This document shows positions 22,982 through 35,320 of a DNA stretch of 64,000 bases, piece after piece (positions within the stretch are counted from its first letter, which is position 1; each line of letters opens with the position of its first letter). The translations under genes and the position numbers were made by a program. The stretch covers positions 76,322,001 through 76,386,000 of the forward strand of contig NW_024704743.1 in NCBI RefSeq assembly GCF_018977255.1, in the 5' to 3' direction. The DNA comes from Callorhinchus milii (taxonomy: Eukaryota). The notes under the pieces were generated by a model that was not told the DNA's origin, searched no databases, and worked only from the letters and a program-made list of their open reading frames with translations.

Positions 22982-23020
22982 GGTTTTTGTGTGAGGTTTA
23001 TGTGGCTCTGAGTGGCTGTG
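22982..23020 (-). other. 23-RSS of V5
   Basis: CACAGCC-23-ACAAAAACC. Confidence 0.95.
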
Positions 23021-23527
23021 GTAATCCCAAGATGCACAGTAATATGTGGCAGCGTCAGCCTTGGCTATGTTTGTTATTGAAAGTAAGCAAGTGTCATCTT
23101 TCTTCCTTGCAGAGAATTTCTGCTGAAACTCCTCGGCGTATTCTTTTTGACTCTGTGTATTGTAATAAAGCATCCATTGCAGCTCCTTTCCAGGTTGATG
23201 ACGGTACCAATGAATGACGCTGCTGCTCATTGAACCACCTTGCATTTTACATGTAAATATGGTGGTCTTTCCTTCTGGCTTGGTAATTGTTTTCTCCACC
23301 TGTATCAACGAAAAGCCTTCACATCCAACTGCAAAAGAATTGAAAGGGTTCAATTAATTTATTTTACAATGTTTGGACAGTAATAGTTGATTTGATATAG
23401 GGTGATATAGCACCCTATCCAGATATCCCAAACACTTGATACAAATGTGTGAAGAAATTGTTAAACAAGTGTGAAAACATTTACCTGGCAAAAGGATTAT
23501 AAGAATATACATTAAATACTGCCACAT
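23021..23527 (-). CDS. TRGV: TRGV V5 (intact; leader 23527-23485, V exon 23328-23021)
   Basis: MWQYLMYILIILLP|V GCEGFSLIQ..IFTC..IHWYRH..TCLLSI..YYCASWDY. Confidence 0.95.
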
Positions 23528-23639
23528 TTTTTAATATATATACATAAAATGCACTACAAGTAATCTGAGAGAAATTTCAGAAGTTGCGAGAATGTGTGGT
23601 TAGCTATCATTTATAGCTGACAGTGACAGCTCAACAGCA

Positions 23640-23689
23640 ATGCAAATGAACTGAAGACACTTCAGCCAATTGAAACTGCTCTTGTGGTT
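23640..23689. promoter_or_regulatory. V5 promoter: octamer, CCAAT, RUNX site
   Basis: ATGCAAAT 23640-23647 (ATTTGCAT in gene sense), CCAAT 23666-23670, TGTGGTT 23683-23689. Confidence 0.6.
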
Positions 23690-24473
23690 GTAAGAGAGTT
23701 ACCTTTGGGCAGTAGAGCTCTCGGCTGTTAATCTGTGTAGATCTCCAAACTAAGATCAGGTGGAGAATAACAGGCGTGAACTGTGGAACGGTTTGAAGAA
23801 ACAGAATAAAGTGTTCATCTGACTTCTATTGTTGACCACAAGCTAATTCTGTATAAAGTATTCTACAACTGGCAAAAGAACTGGTTCATCATTTCACCCA
23901 ACACACAGCAAAGTGAAACACAATTTAAATTTGCAAATGTTTATTCATATTTCTTCTGATCTCTGCAACAAAGTCCACTTTTTAACATGCAGTTGGTCTG
24001 CTGACAGTAACAAGACAGATTTGATCTTCCATCTTTAAATCCCCAAGGCTCAATAATATAACAATACTGTTGTTTCTGGGATGCTTCCTGACCCTTTCAC
24101 GCAAATTTCATATTTGCAATGTTGGAGCATTCAGCATAACGATACTTCTTGTAGGGGGAGGTAAAATGTTTTGAAATAAACTTGAAAATTCTCTGAATGC
24201 TTCAACCATACAGACTAACATTAGTACTCCTGTCTCTGAGGCCATAGGTATGGGCTCAGGCTATATTCATATGTTATAGTCATAGTCTAGGCTGACATTC
24301 TGGTGCAGTGCTGGGGTTGTACAGTATTGTTTTAGGTATCGCCTTTGAAGTTCCAGTTTGCCTGTTGAGGTGGATAATAAAAGTCCCTTGCACTATTTTA
24401 AAAGAAAAGGGAGAATCTTCAATCCCCAGATGAAAATTGTTTTTTTCTTCAGCAACTTACATTTATAGCACTG

Positions 24474-24845
24474 TAGAGTCTTGTAGCGTATTGGTTAGAG
24501 CACTCACCTCACAAGCAAGTGGATCTTGGTTCAATTGCCAGGCTGTTCAAAACATTAGGAAAGTTTCCTTACTCCACACACCTCTGTTTACCTAGCAGTA
24601 AGTAGGAACCTGGTTGTTAGTTGATTGGTGGATGCCTTTGCTGGGGCTAATAAGCCTTTCAAAAAAAAATTAATGGTTTGGTAAACTCAATCCATGACTG
24701 TTTGTGGCGCACTGCTGAGCGCAATTAGCTGCCTTGTGTCACCCACAAAATATATACATTCACTTTACAGTATATTCTGTGAAGTGCTTTGAGATGTCTT
24801 GAATACGTGAGAAGGCGCTATATCAAATGAAATTATTATTATTGC
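24474..24845 (+). mobile_element. tRNA-derived SINE (diverged)
   Basis: Head tgtagcgtattggttagagcactcacc, Deu tail and att tail. Confidence 0.75.
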
Positions 24846-25039
24846 TGGTTTGTGCAAATTGGCTGCTGCGTTCACCTACAAATGTGCGGTCAGTACACTT
24901 CACAGGATATCCTGTGAAGCACTTTGAAGTATTTTGATGGCTTGATAAAACGCTACATTAAAATGCAAAGATTATTATAAATAATGCCAATGGCAACAGA
25001 AAAGCGCATTGTTCGATGCTGTGAGGTAAAAATTACGTT

Positions 25040-25800
25040 AAGCAGCTCAGATTGTCACGTGGCATTTCACAATTTAAAAAGAAAACAGATGCAGCAAATT
25101 TGAGACATGCAGATATATGGGTGGGGAGCAGTTTATTTTTGAGCCACAAAATAATTAACAACTGAAACAGGTTGCCAGGAACGGTGGTTGAGGTCAGGAC
25201 ATTGGACTCACTTAAGCAGCAGCTTGAAGCTGCCAAGGATGTTAAGGTGGATATTCTGGAAGGATGAGATCAAAATGGACGAAGGACTTTCTTGAACCAA
25301 ACCCATCTGTGATCAGCTCTCTGAAACTCCACTGCCCTTGTGTCAGCTAGTTTCACTTGTTTTCAGCACTGCCACAAGATGGAGCACTGTTTTGGAGGTG
25401 AGGCACCAATTACAGTTAAAGTCCTAAAAAATAAATTTGCAGTCAACACTCTGGTACCTAGTGAGTAGATAAACGGAAACAAAAATCCATAAGAAGGTTT
25501 CCCTCGGTAATAATTGAGAGATATAAAACTATTATTTTCATAATGCGGCATATCTGACAGTATTAATATGAATTATTTTAAACTCTTGAGGTTTCAGGTT
25601 TTACGTAGAGCCTATTAAACTTTATCTGATCTTCCAATTTCCTACACTATCCCTCCCCTCCTCTACCATGTTCTGTATCCCATTCTTGCTTGTGTGCTTG
25701 GAATTTCAGACTTCTTGTTGCTATGTCAGCTCTTATTTTCTTCTTTGACCTCCCATCCACAGCATTCCACAATCTATTAGTGGCGATGCACCTGTGGCAT
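25040..25800. mobile_element. CR1 3' fragments (about 25040-25300 on +, 25620-25800 on -)
   Basis: Degenerate F.SH.IIN.WN.LP..VVE..TL.S.K..L motif. Confidence 0.6.
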
Positions 25801-26139
25801 TTTCTTAATCTCTTCCCTGTATGTTTTATGGGGTGAGAAAGGGGTTTACTTTCTTGTCCTCTTCTATCGTACACAGGACCTCTCCAAGCCATTATTTTAG
25901 GTCTGATAAGCTGAAATATCATTTCAAGTCTTTAAGCGCTCTGAGATGCTAACCTGCATGGAGGGTGCCATATAAGTGCAAGCTGTTGTTGCTGTTGTTA
26001 TTGATAACGGTATACCTTTCAAACATCAATCCAGCTTTCTTTTTCAGATGCTGGTGATTTCCAGTGTTTCGGTTTTTAATTCAGGTTCTAGCACCCATTG
26101 TTTCTCCTCTTTATAATATAAATAACCCTTGCATGTTGG

Positions 26140-26680
26140 CCTCCTCAACTCCTCCCTCCATAGGCTGCAGATCATCCAGAACTCTGCAGTCCATGTCTTC
26201 TGCTGCACTAGGCTCCATGACCTGATCACCCCCATCCTTGCCCGACTCCATTGGCTTCCTATCACACAGAAGATACAGTTCCAGATCCTGGTCCTCACTT
26301 TCAAAGCCCTCCATGGCCTTGGTCCCCCTACCTCTGCGACCTCCTAACCCCCAACCAACCTGCCCACTCCCTCCGCTCAGCGGGCTCCAGCTTGCTTCAT
26401 GTCCCCCGCCTCGCCTGCCCCACTATTGCCAGGCAAACCTTCCACCACTCTGCCCCCACCCTCTGGAACTCCATCCCTCAGTCCTTCCACCTCGCCCCCT
26501 CCCTTGCCACCTTCAAGACCATCTCAAGACTGTCCTCTTTGACCGTGCCTTTGATCTCCCTACTTACCCCCTTGCGCTCCACCCTCCCCAATCCCAAACC
26601 CCAGCTCGAGTCTGAAACTCTAACTGTCCAGTACCTCCCAAAGTGAAAGGCGCTATACAAATGTAATTTTCCTTTGTTGT
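26140..26680 (+). mobile_element. L2 LINE 3' fragment
   Basis: LLNSSLHRLQIIQNSAVHV..LARLHWLPITQKIQFQILVLTFKALHGL. Confidence 0.88.
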
Positions 26681-26879
26681 TGTTGTGCTCTAAACTGAGC
26701 TATTCTTTCATGGTATTAATATGGAATCTGAGTCATGCAATTGGAGATTTCTGAAGTAATGATAAATTATGTCACATAGACCCAAGTGATCTCCACTCTG
26801 AATTCCATTGAAGAACACTGCAAACTACATCCCATTCTTCCATAATGTTTATTACTTTGTCATGAATATAAGCAAATAT

Positions 26880-27930
26880 CAGAAAACAAGAACAGGAGGA
26901 GACTATTCAGCCCATCAAGACTGTTCCACTAGTTTAGTAGGTCTTGGCAGATCTTTTAACCCCAAAGCCCTGTCCTGTCCTTTCACCATACCCCTTACCA
27001 ACTCTACTACCTAACAATCTGCCTATCTCTCTCCTCAACATCCTTATTCATTCCACCTCCACAGATTTTTGGCGGAAGAGCATTCCACATTTTCACAACC
27101 ATCAGTGTGAAAAAGTGCTTCCTGACTTCAGTCTCAAAAGGAATCTTGGTAATCTTTATTCCTTAGGATTCTCCTCTTCTCTCATTGGAGATAGTGAGTG
27201 TGTCAAGTTGGGATTGGATTCATGCCACCTCTTCCCCTCTTTTAGATCATGATTAAACACCTTCCTCTTCAACCGTGCTTATGGTCATCTTCTCCTTCCC
27301 CCTAGCTGGGCATCAGGCTCCACCACTGTTAAGCACTCTGAAATGCTGCCCCACGTGAAGGGAGCGATATAAATGCAAGTTATTGTTATTGTAGATGTCT
27401 GACAAGCAAGCGGACAGAACATCGGTGGATCTGGGGTCATGACTGGAGGAGGAAAAGTACATTTGGGTGTCATTCACATTCATATGGAGGTTTACTTCAT
27501 GTCTGCAGATGACATTACCGAGAGGGAGCATGTAAATGAGAAAAAGGAGGGAGCTTTAGGGTACGCCACAGGTGACTGTGAGAGGACCGGAAGAGGTTGG
27601 TTAAGTAGGACTCAAACCAGATGAGTTTGTTCCCACTAAGATGGATGAGGTAGGAGAGGTGGTGGAGAAGGATGGCATGATTGATTGATTGCATCAAAGG
27701 AAACAGGGAGTTCTGGGAGGATAAGGAGACATAGCGATACCTGGTCACATAGAGAGAGGATATCATTTGTAGGTTTGATGAATGATGCCGTCTAACCCTA
27801 CCCTCTGGGCTGTGGGCCACAGGAAAACAGACTGGAGGGACTCGAGTAGGAAATGGAGGGAAAGGCATAATCAAAGTTAGTTGACAGCAATGCGTTTCAG
27901 GAATTTGGAGAAGAACAGCAAGTTTGAGAT
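26880..27930 (-). mobile_element. CR1 3' end (26880-27250) followed by an L2 RT fragment (27260-27930)
   Basis: CR1 UTR gactattcagcccatcaagactgttcc; L2 peptide LPLGNVICRHEVNLHM..DTQMYFS. Confidence 0.75.
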
Positions 27931-28029
27931 GGTTCTTTTTAATTTATCACTTACAATTGAATTACTGTCAGTTATAAGCACAAATGGACAAATTATCTAC
28001 ACTTACCAAATAGATCTCAAGTCTCTATT

Positions 28030-28232
28030 GGGGGGAAATTCCACTTGGGTTGAGAGTTACTCTATGTAGTATTTTAGAGCATCCAGAATTTGGCTAATTC
28101 TTAAATACAACAATAATTTTGAAGTCAGTTTTCTGTTAAATTATTTTTGACTTTTTAAAGTTAAGACTGAATACAATGATTTGCCAAACTCTAAAATACT
28201 ACATAAATTAGACCCAGGTGGAATTTCTTCCC
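28030..28232. mobile_element. MITE-like element with terminal inverted repeats
   Basis: Left GGGGGAAATTCCACTTGGGT; right ACCCAGGTGGAATTTCTTCC; inner inverted tatgtagtattttagag / ctctaaaatactacata. Confidence 0.65.
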
Positions 28233-29778
28233 TTGTATCTCTAACCCCACCCCCAATGAAATACGTTGATGTTTCCTTTTTGGTCAGTGCGGAAAATTGG
28301 CTTCTAAATTAAGTCTGAACTTGAGACTACTCTCCAATGTCCCACATGCTCTTAACATTTATTACAAGGAGCCAAAGAACACAACAATTAAATAAGATGC
28401 ATTTTTTTTTCCATAAAGCAAATAATGAAATAACAAACTGTTTGAAACGTTAAAAAATGAAGCATTGAGTGGAAATCTCAGAACGTCATTGTGGTTTTGT
28501 GCATTGAGCTACAGGAAGCTGAAGCTTATGTGTGCAGTTTTGGTATAGTTTTCTTGCTCTGTCATTGTGGAGCCCAGTAAGCACACTCCTGCTGTGGATC
28601 AGCATGAAAATTAAATGGGAGATTAAGGGAAAAAAAGGAAGATTTAGAAACCTTATGGCAAGAAGAGAAAAGTTGACCATTGAATTGAATTCAAGACTAC
28701 ACAGAAATTGAGATGATGGGAAAGCAGACAGAGGTGATAGAGGGCAACATTGCTTTCTTTTATAACTCAAAATAATCCACAAACCTACTTGCTCTCTTTT
28801 TTTACCAGCTGTAAACCTGCCTCAATCCCTCAGCAATAATGCGATCATTCCCTCATACTACACAGTAGCACCATTGTGTTTTCCCTGGGTATTGACCTAG
28901 GGGGTCTACTGTTGGGGAATAAGAAAAAGAGGACACAAATGACAACTGTTGGTAACCACAGAATGTTACAGCACAGAAACAGCCCATTCAGGCCATCAGA
29001 TCTGTCCTGCTATTTATGCCCACACGAACCACCTAATTTAATCCCACTCTCTTTGTCCTACCCTTTAAATTTCCTGCTGTGCGCAATTGGCTACTGTGTT
29101 TCACCCACAAAATATATAGTGAATTCAATTTACAGTATATTCTGTGAAGAGCTTTGAGACTTCTGGAAGATGTGATAATAAAAATAATAATAATAATAAT
29201 TCTTGCATTTGATATAGCGCTTTTCACGTCTTCTGGACGTCTGAAAGCGCTTCACAGAATATGCTGTAATGTGAATTGACTGTATATTTGTGAGCGAAAC
29301 GCGGCAGCCAATTGCCCACAAACAGTCGTGGATTGAAAATAACTAATTTATTATTGCTTTTCTTGGAGGGATTATTATATATTTATATGCAATATAAATA
29401 TAAACTTCCATCTTTAGTTTAAATACAATTGTATCTCAAAGAAAGGGCACTTGAGTTGTAAACTGGTTTGTAAAGCTGTGCAAGATTAAAAAATATAATC
29501 AGGTTACAAGTCCATATCCGAATTTTAGACTCGCCAGATCATCCAGCTTGAGGATCTGGTTGAGGGAGGGTAGTATGGAAAATAAGAGTGATAATCCTCA
29601 TTAATAAAGAGAAACAAAATCTACATCCACAAACAGTCCAGAACAGCTCATTTGGGGACATTCCATAAGATACACATTAACAGTTAGAACAATATCATCA
29701 CAGTTAAAGTGAATTGAATTTCCTTAGGTGTGAACTCGGATCAAGAGAGCGAGGTGGGAATGATTCCAGTTTAGTTGT

Positions 29779-29822
29779 GGTTTTTGTGGAAATCGATGGT
29801 GTCTCTTCTCAGTGGTGCTGTG
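29779..29822 (-). other. Orphan RSS-like signal at the end of a heavily decayed V-like relic
   Basis: Perfect ACAAAAACC (29787-29779). CACCACT at 23-nt spacing and CACAGCA at 28-nt spacing. Upstream ED.LTGKYA is in register with DAATYYCA. Confidence 0.45.
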
Positions 29823-30499
29823 GTTTAAGTGCATATTTTCCTGTGAGCTGATCTTCAGGCTTATGAGCAGTTCTTTTTTATTAATATTTTGGCAGGTTAC
29901 TAATTTGTCCAAAAGGTGAGGTGTGCGTGTATGCTGTTTATATTTGTTTCAATCCTTCCAGGGGTCTGGCTTCATTACGTGGTTTTCTACCTACGTACTC
30001 CAGTTATAGGTTAATATCCAACTTTCTTCGATTATTTAGAGTCGCCATATGCAGAAGTCATAAAGATTACGATGTAAAGAGCTGCTGAGATCTAATAAGA
30101 TAGCCCAAAACCTACCCAGTTCCTACGTTGCTATGGACAGAGTCTTGAGAAGTAAAGATATCAAAGGATTTGTGGAGGATATTTTCATACACATAATATT
30201 TGTATTTAATATAATACTTTATACTTGTGGGATCTTAATGATATTGTTTGCTTCACAAACTAAGTCATTGCTTCCTCTTCTATTCGTAAACTCGGTATAA
30301 AGTCAGTGGTCTCAAGACACACTCCCTCCACACCAAGAAAATAAAATGCATGCCTTTGAAAATGTCTAAATCTGGAACCAATTGAATGGAATGACATTCC
30401 ATTCAAAAAGTAATAATAACAACACAACTGAGGGAAAGACACACAAACTTGCATGTATGTGCAAAATGCAAACATCCTAATCATATCATTTTATTTACA

Positions 30500-30680
30500 T
30501 AACCAGTTGTAATCAAGAGAGTAAATGCTGCACTCTGCCTGTCAATTATGAAGTCAGTCTGGTCTTCACCTTAAAGGCAAGCCAATCCAAGAACATCATG
30601 CATACGAATGGTCTTTAACCAGAACGTAATGGAGAGGAGTGAGAGACATGAGACCACCAGCTGAGCCACATTTATTGACA
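30500..30680 (-). pseudogene. Possible decayed V relic
   Basis: One frame reads AQLVVSCLSLLSITFWLKTIRMH (cf. V3 AQTLIQPELSITRDLMKTARMHC), then after a stop DFIIDRQSAAFTLLIT (FR3-like). Confidence 0.35.
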
Positions 30681-32079
30681 GAAACAAATAATAATAAATT
30701 TATAAATTTTAGTTGAGACTGAGGCACAAGACCAAAAGAAAGGCATATGTGTAATGCTTACATGCAGATTGGATTCTGGACTTTCTCCAAAATATGAATA
30801 TATCGGACCCAGGTATGCTATTTTAAATAAGGGGTGCATAATAATGTTGGTGGATCATCTTAAACTGAATTTCCCATACCCCAACGCAGCACTGATAAAA
30901 ATTCTGTATACCACTTCAACCAAATATTGACTGTATCACATTTGTATTGAGTAATACTGATTGCATTCAGCATTAAGTAGCTTGTTAAAATAATAATAAT
31001 AATCCTTGCATTTTATATAGCACCTTATAATATCACTAGACCATCTCAAAGCATTTCCCAAGATTTACTGTAGAGTAGTGACTATAATGTGTAGGTGAAA
31101 ATAAAGAGTTCATAAAGCATTTGTTGGTGCAAAACCACTGGAAATCATGCTTCAAGCTGTCAAAAAACACACCTTGTATACAACACATCAATTTGCAACA
31201 ACTCAGCTCTGATCCGAGATCTCAACAGAAGTAAGTCCTCATTTGCTGATGTGACAGTTAAGCAACTCCCTAGAGGAGAAGCTCTTTACATTACATGGAG
31301 GAGGCACTTTATCCAGTGTGAGGTACCATTTACCCTGCCATTTTCCCAACAAACACTTTTTAAACTCCAGTCTCTATCAACCTATGGGTGTGCAATACAT
31401 TCTCATTATGTTTACACTGAATTATACAATATTTATCCACGTACAGAAACATACTGTACTAAAATAGCTGAATTATTCAGAAAATTATAGTTTTCTATTT
31501 GCACAGTAATTAAAACTTGCGAATGCTCATGAAATTTAAAGCATGACATTCACACAAACTACAATTTGATGTTCACATCAATTAGTGTCCAGGAAACAGA
31601 AATCCAATTTACAGGTAAATATTTGACATCTTGAAATTCAGATTTTGAAAAGGGAAAAATAGTTCATCTCTATACCCTAAAACAAATTCCTGCAATTCCA
31701 AATGTAATATTGGATTAAAATTACCTTCCCAATAAATAGCTACCACAGCACAAGAATGAATTCACACTAATATCTTTAGATAAACTGTCAATCAACAAAT
31801 ACTCATCTCTGATATTGAAAGTTTTAACACAAGCCAATTTGAGAGCCATCCCTATCAAGATCCACAGCTGCTGTTAAACTGCAAACACACTGCACTTTAA
31901 CTATACCCAGATCTTCTCATCCTTTTCCCTTTATTATTATTTCAGTTCCTTAGGACATCCTCCTGATGTGAAAGGCACTGTACAAATATAATTTGTTGTT
32001 CTTGAAATCACTTTTCCTTGCATTGATGTTTTAGTAATAACCAGTACATTTGATATATTACATTACATTTCACCTACAA

Positions 32080-32560
32080 AACAGTCAATTCACAGTATAT
32101 TCTTTGAAGCGCTTTGAGATATCCAGAAGATGTAATAAGGCTCTATATCAAATGCAAGGATTATTATTATACAGAGCCTTATCACCTCATTGAGATGTCA
32201 GTAACAGCTTCACAGGATTTTTTACTGTGAGATGGAGTGATTGTATATATGTAGGCAAGCACAGCAGCCAATTTGCATGCTGCCGTGTCCTACAAACACC
32301 CATGAAGTGAATGACCAATTCTATAGGAGGGACTGCTAACCAGGACACTGGGAGAAACTCCCTTCTCTTTTCAAATAGTAGCATCTACCTGAATAGACAG
32401 GTGGCACTTTAGTTTCACGTTTAATCCAAAGGAAGGCACCTTTGATAATGCAGCACTCCCACCCCCCCCCCCCCCCCCCCACCCAAGCACTGCATTGGAA
32501 CAACAGCCTAAACTGTGAGTTCAAAGTCCCAATGCGGGGCTTTAACCCATAACCTTCTGA
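32080..32560 (-). mobile_element. Older DeuSINE containing a C19 run
   Basis: Core and tail as at 1850-2270; poly-C at 32462-32480. Confidence 0.7.
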
Positions 32561-33280
32561 AGAAAATGACCAGGAGAGGTTCTGTTGTAGGTTTTCGCCA
32601 CCTTTTAATTCAGATTCATCTTCTGGTTAACTGGACAACCTGAACAAAGATTCTATTCTGTCTCTACCAAGGTTGTTTAGGCACCTCTTGCCTAGGCACC
32701 TCTCACTAACCTCACTTTTAAAGGGGGCCTTTCTGTCAGTTTGGGAGCAAAATCGCCAGCACTGTTTTTCCACAACCTGTCAATTCAAAATGTCTAATAT
32801 ATTGTTTACTTGAGCAACATTCCTGCTGTTTTACCAAGTCCATCATTTTCAATGCGGACGGCCTAAGCAAGATGCAGCTGTGCATACCAAGACATTACAT
32901 TCTGGCCCCATTTCATTGTCTGCCCCATGTGAGAAGGACAAACTGACTACTCACCTCTCATACAAATTCCAACCACTGCACTTGGCATCCTGATCAATTT
33001 GAAATCAACCTTATCTCTGCTTATCCCATCTGTAATCTTACTTGATCTTAGCCTGACTCAATTGGTAGCAATTCTTGCCTGAGGTTACGAGGGTTGTAAA
33101 ATTTAAGGCCCACAACTTACAAATGTTGAATGAATGATGCAAGATGACTTCACATGAAGATAATGGGGATTCCACAATCTAACACTTCACTCATGTTACC
33201 AGTGAAACAGCCATGGCCAGCACTGATATTATTGTTTTGGTTTCAATCTATAAGTGAAAACAGTTTCAACACATTTATAA

Positions 33281-33510
33281 TAATAATAATAATAATCCTT
33301 GCATTTGATATAGCGCTTTTCACGTCGGGAGGACGTCCCAAAGCGCTTCACAGAACACACTGTAAAGTGAATTGACTGTATATTTGTGGGCGAACGCGGC
33401 AGCCAATTGCGCACAGCAATGTCCCACAAACAGTCGTAGATTGAAAATGACCAATTTATTATTGTTTTTGGTTTTTGGAGGGATTATTATTAGGCGTGTG
33501 GAGTAAGGAT
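33281..33510 (-). mobile_element. 5'-truncated young SINE
   Basis: Reverse complement of the 10850-11060 body and tail. Confidence 0.85.
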
Positions 33511-33766
33511 CATTTTGCACGTACCTCTAAATATACTATCCTTGTCAGAGTGCATCTACCATGGATAACCATGGCACCAAATACATACTTATCGGCAAGT
33601 TAATCAATCTTGCCAGTATTTGCAGTTGAGGTACAGATGGACCATGATCTAATGAAATGGCAAAACAGGCTTGATAGCTGAATGGCCTATTCCTGTTCCT
33701 ATGTTCCACGTATACTCTTAGAATTAGAAAATTCTGTTATAAGTGCACAATTTACCAATACGTACT

Positions 33767-34000
33767 GAGATATTCCATCTTGGGCTAAATTTAGTATATT
33801 TATGTAGTATTTTAAACCATCTAGAATTTGGCAAATTATTAAATGTAGCTTTAATTTTGAAGCTGATTGTCTGTAAGTTCTTTTAAGAAGTATAGAAAAA
33901 CATCTTCACACTTAAAAATAAATTCAACACTTTGCCAAATTCTGGACATTCTAAATACTACACAAATAGAGTCAATTTAGAGTGGACTCAAGTGGTATTA
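33767..34000. mobile_element. MITE-like element
   Basis: tatgtagtattttaaaccatctagaatttggcaaa / tttgccaaattctggacattctaaatactacac inverted arms. Confidence 0.6.
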
Positions 34001-34742
34001 TAAACCTTAAAAACACTTTGAGACATCTTCCCAATGTGCAAGGCGCTATATAAATATGTATTGTATTCTGGCATAATGTTTTCCCTAACTGAGAGACCAG
34101 CCGCAGTAAACACTAACAAGCAGTTTTAAAATTCATTTAGAAAATGATTCCAAACTTCACTACAAAAATATGAAGTTCATATTATTACTGTTTTGCTACA
34201 AGGTTACGGTATATTTTACAAATATGTATTTACAACAGAGAAATCTGTTGGTGAAAAAGATGTTTCATGATGTTTCCTCTACCATCAAGCTGAACTAATT
34301 TATTGGAGGATTACAATGCAAATCGAGAGGAATGAGCAGGTGATTAGGATGTGCAAGTGTTATCCTTATTGGGATTTAATCTTAAAACAATACATGCAGC
34401 CAATTGAAATACAAACAAATCGTTTCAAAAGTGGAATTATCCAATTTGGGAAACCATTACGTTTTTCATGCGTTTGTAATTACTTGTATTCGTTTACAAG
34501 CTCATCATGTGATTATTGTTGTGCAATCTACCACTGGTGCAAAATGTCAGAGTAACTGAATTAAGGTTCCTCTATAACTCTTTTCATCCTTTTACTACAA
34601 TGAACGCAACTCCCTCTTTACATCCCTCTTCCCAGTTTCTGGACCATAACTATCAGAATTGACCAGACTGTGATCTCTCTGCTGCAGTTAACAATCTTCC
34701 TCTCAACTCGATTGCAGCCGAACGGATCTCGAGTGAAAGGGA

Positions 34743-34781
34743 AGTTTTTGTACGATCTCTTCTGTGTCTGCAGCTGCTGTG
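34743..34781 (-). other. 23-RSS of V6
   Basis: CACAGCA-23-ACAAAAACT. Confidence 0.93.
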
Positions 34782-35213
34782 TGAATCCCAGACACCACAA
34801 TAATAAATGCCACTGTCATTCGGCTCTGGTTTTGTGATTGTGAGAATACTCGAGTCCCCACTTTTATCAGCAGAAAAACGGCGTGGAAAATCAGGCGAAA
34901 TTTTTGTCTCAGTTCCTTTGTTGTAGAGAATCCATTGCAACCCCTTCCCGGGATTCCCAAGGTACCAGTGAACATAGTCTTCGCCCATCGATTTCCCATG
35001 CATTGTACAGGTAATCCTTGCTGTTCTTCCTTGATTCTTGATCATGGATCTGGGCTGTGACAAGGTAAAACCATCACAGCCAACTGGAAACAGAAAATAA
35101 AATCATCAGCATCGTTTACTGTCACTGATAATGTGATGAACATTAAATTGCATTCAGATAAACTTACGTGACACCAGAGCACACAGCACACAGACACAAC
35201 CTGCCCCCCGCAT
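34782..35213 (-). CDS. TRGV: TRGV V6, family A (intact; leader 35213-35168, V exon 35083-34782)
   Basis: MRGAGCVCVLCALVS|L GCDGFTLSQ..RITC..VHWYLG..YYCGVWDS. Confidence 0.94.
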
Positions 35214-35298
35214 ATCTGATGTGATGTGGAAAGCTTGAAGGGGATCTGACCATCTCACTGCGTTCCTCTTGAGTGAGAATGGTCTAAACCTGTTTGTG

Positions 35299-35320
35299 CC
35301 AATAAGCAGTGTTTGCGGTT
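35299..35320. promoter_or_regulatory. CCAAT-RUNX module, family A promoter
   Basis: CCAAT-10 nt-TGCGGTT; the same module occurs upstream of V5 and the B and C genes. Confidence 0.55.

Noticed and set aside
29863-29920. Plus-strand J-like or leader-like reading (YFGRLLICPK G|GTGAG) after the orphan RSS
   Set aside because: No FGXG motif, about 65 nt from the heptamer, wrong spacer for a TRGJ, and the downstream exon is not V-like.
34752-34774. Second CAC heptamer (CACAGAA/CACACAA) inside A/C-family spacers
   Set aside because: Only 8 nt from the nonamer, too short for RAG.
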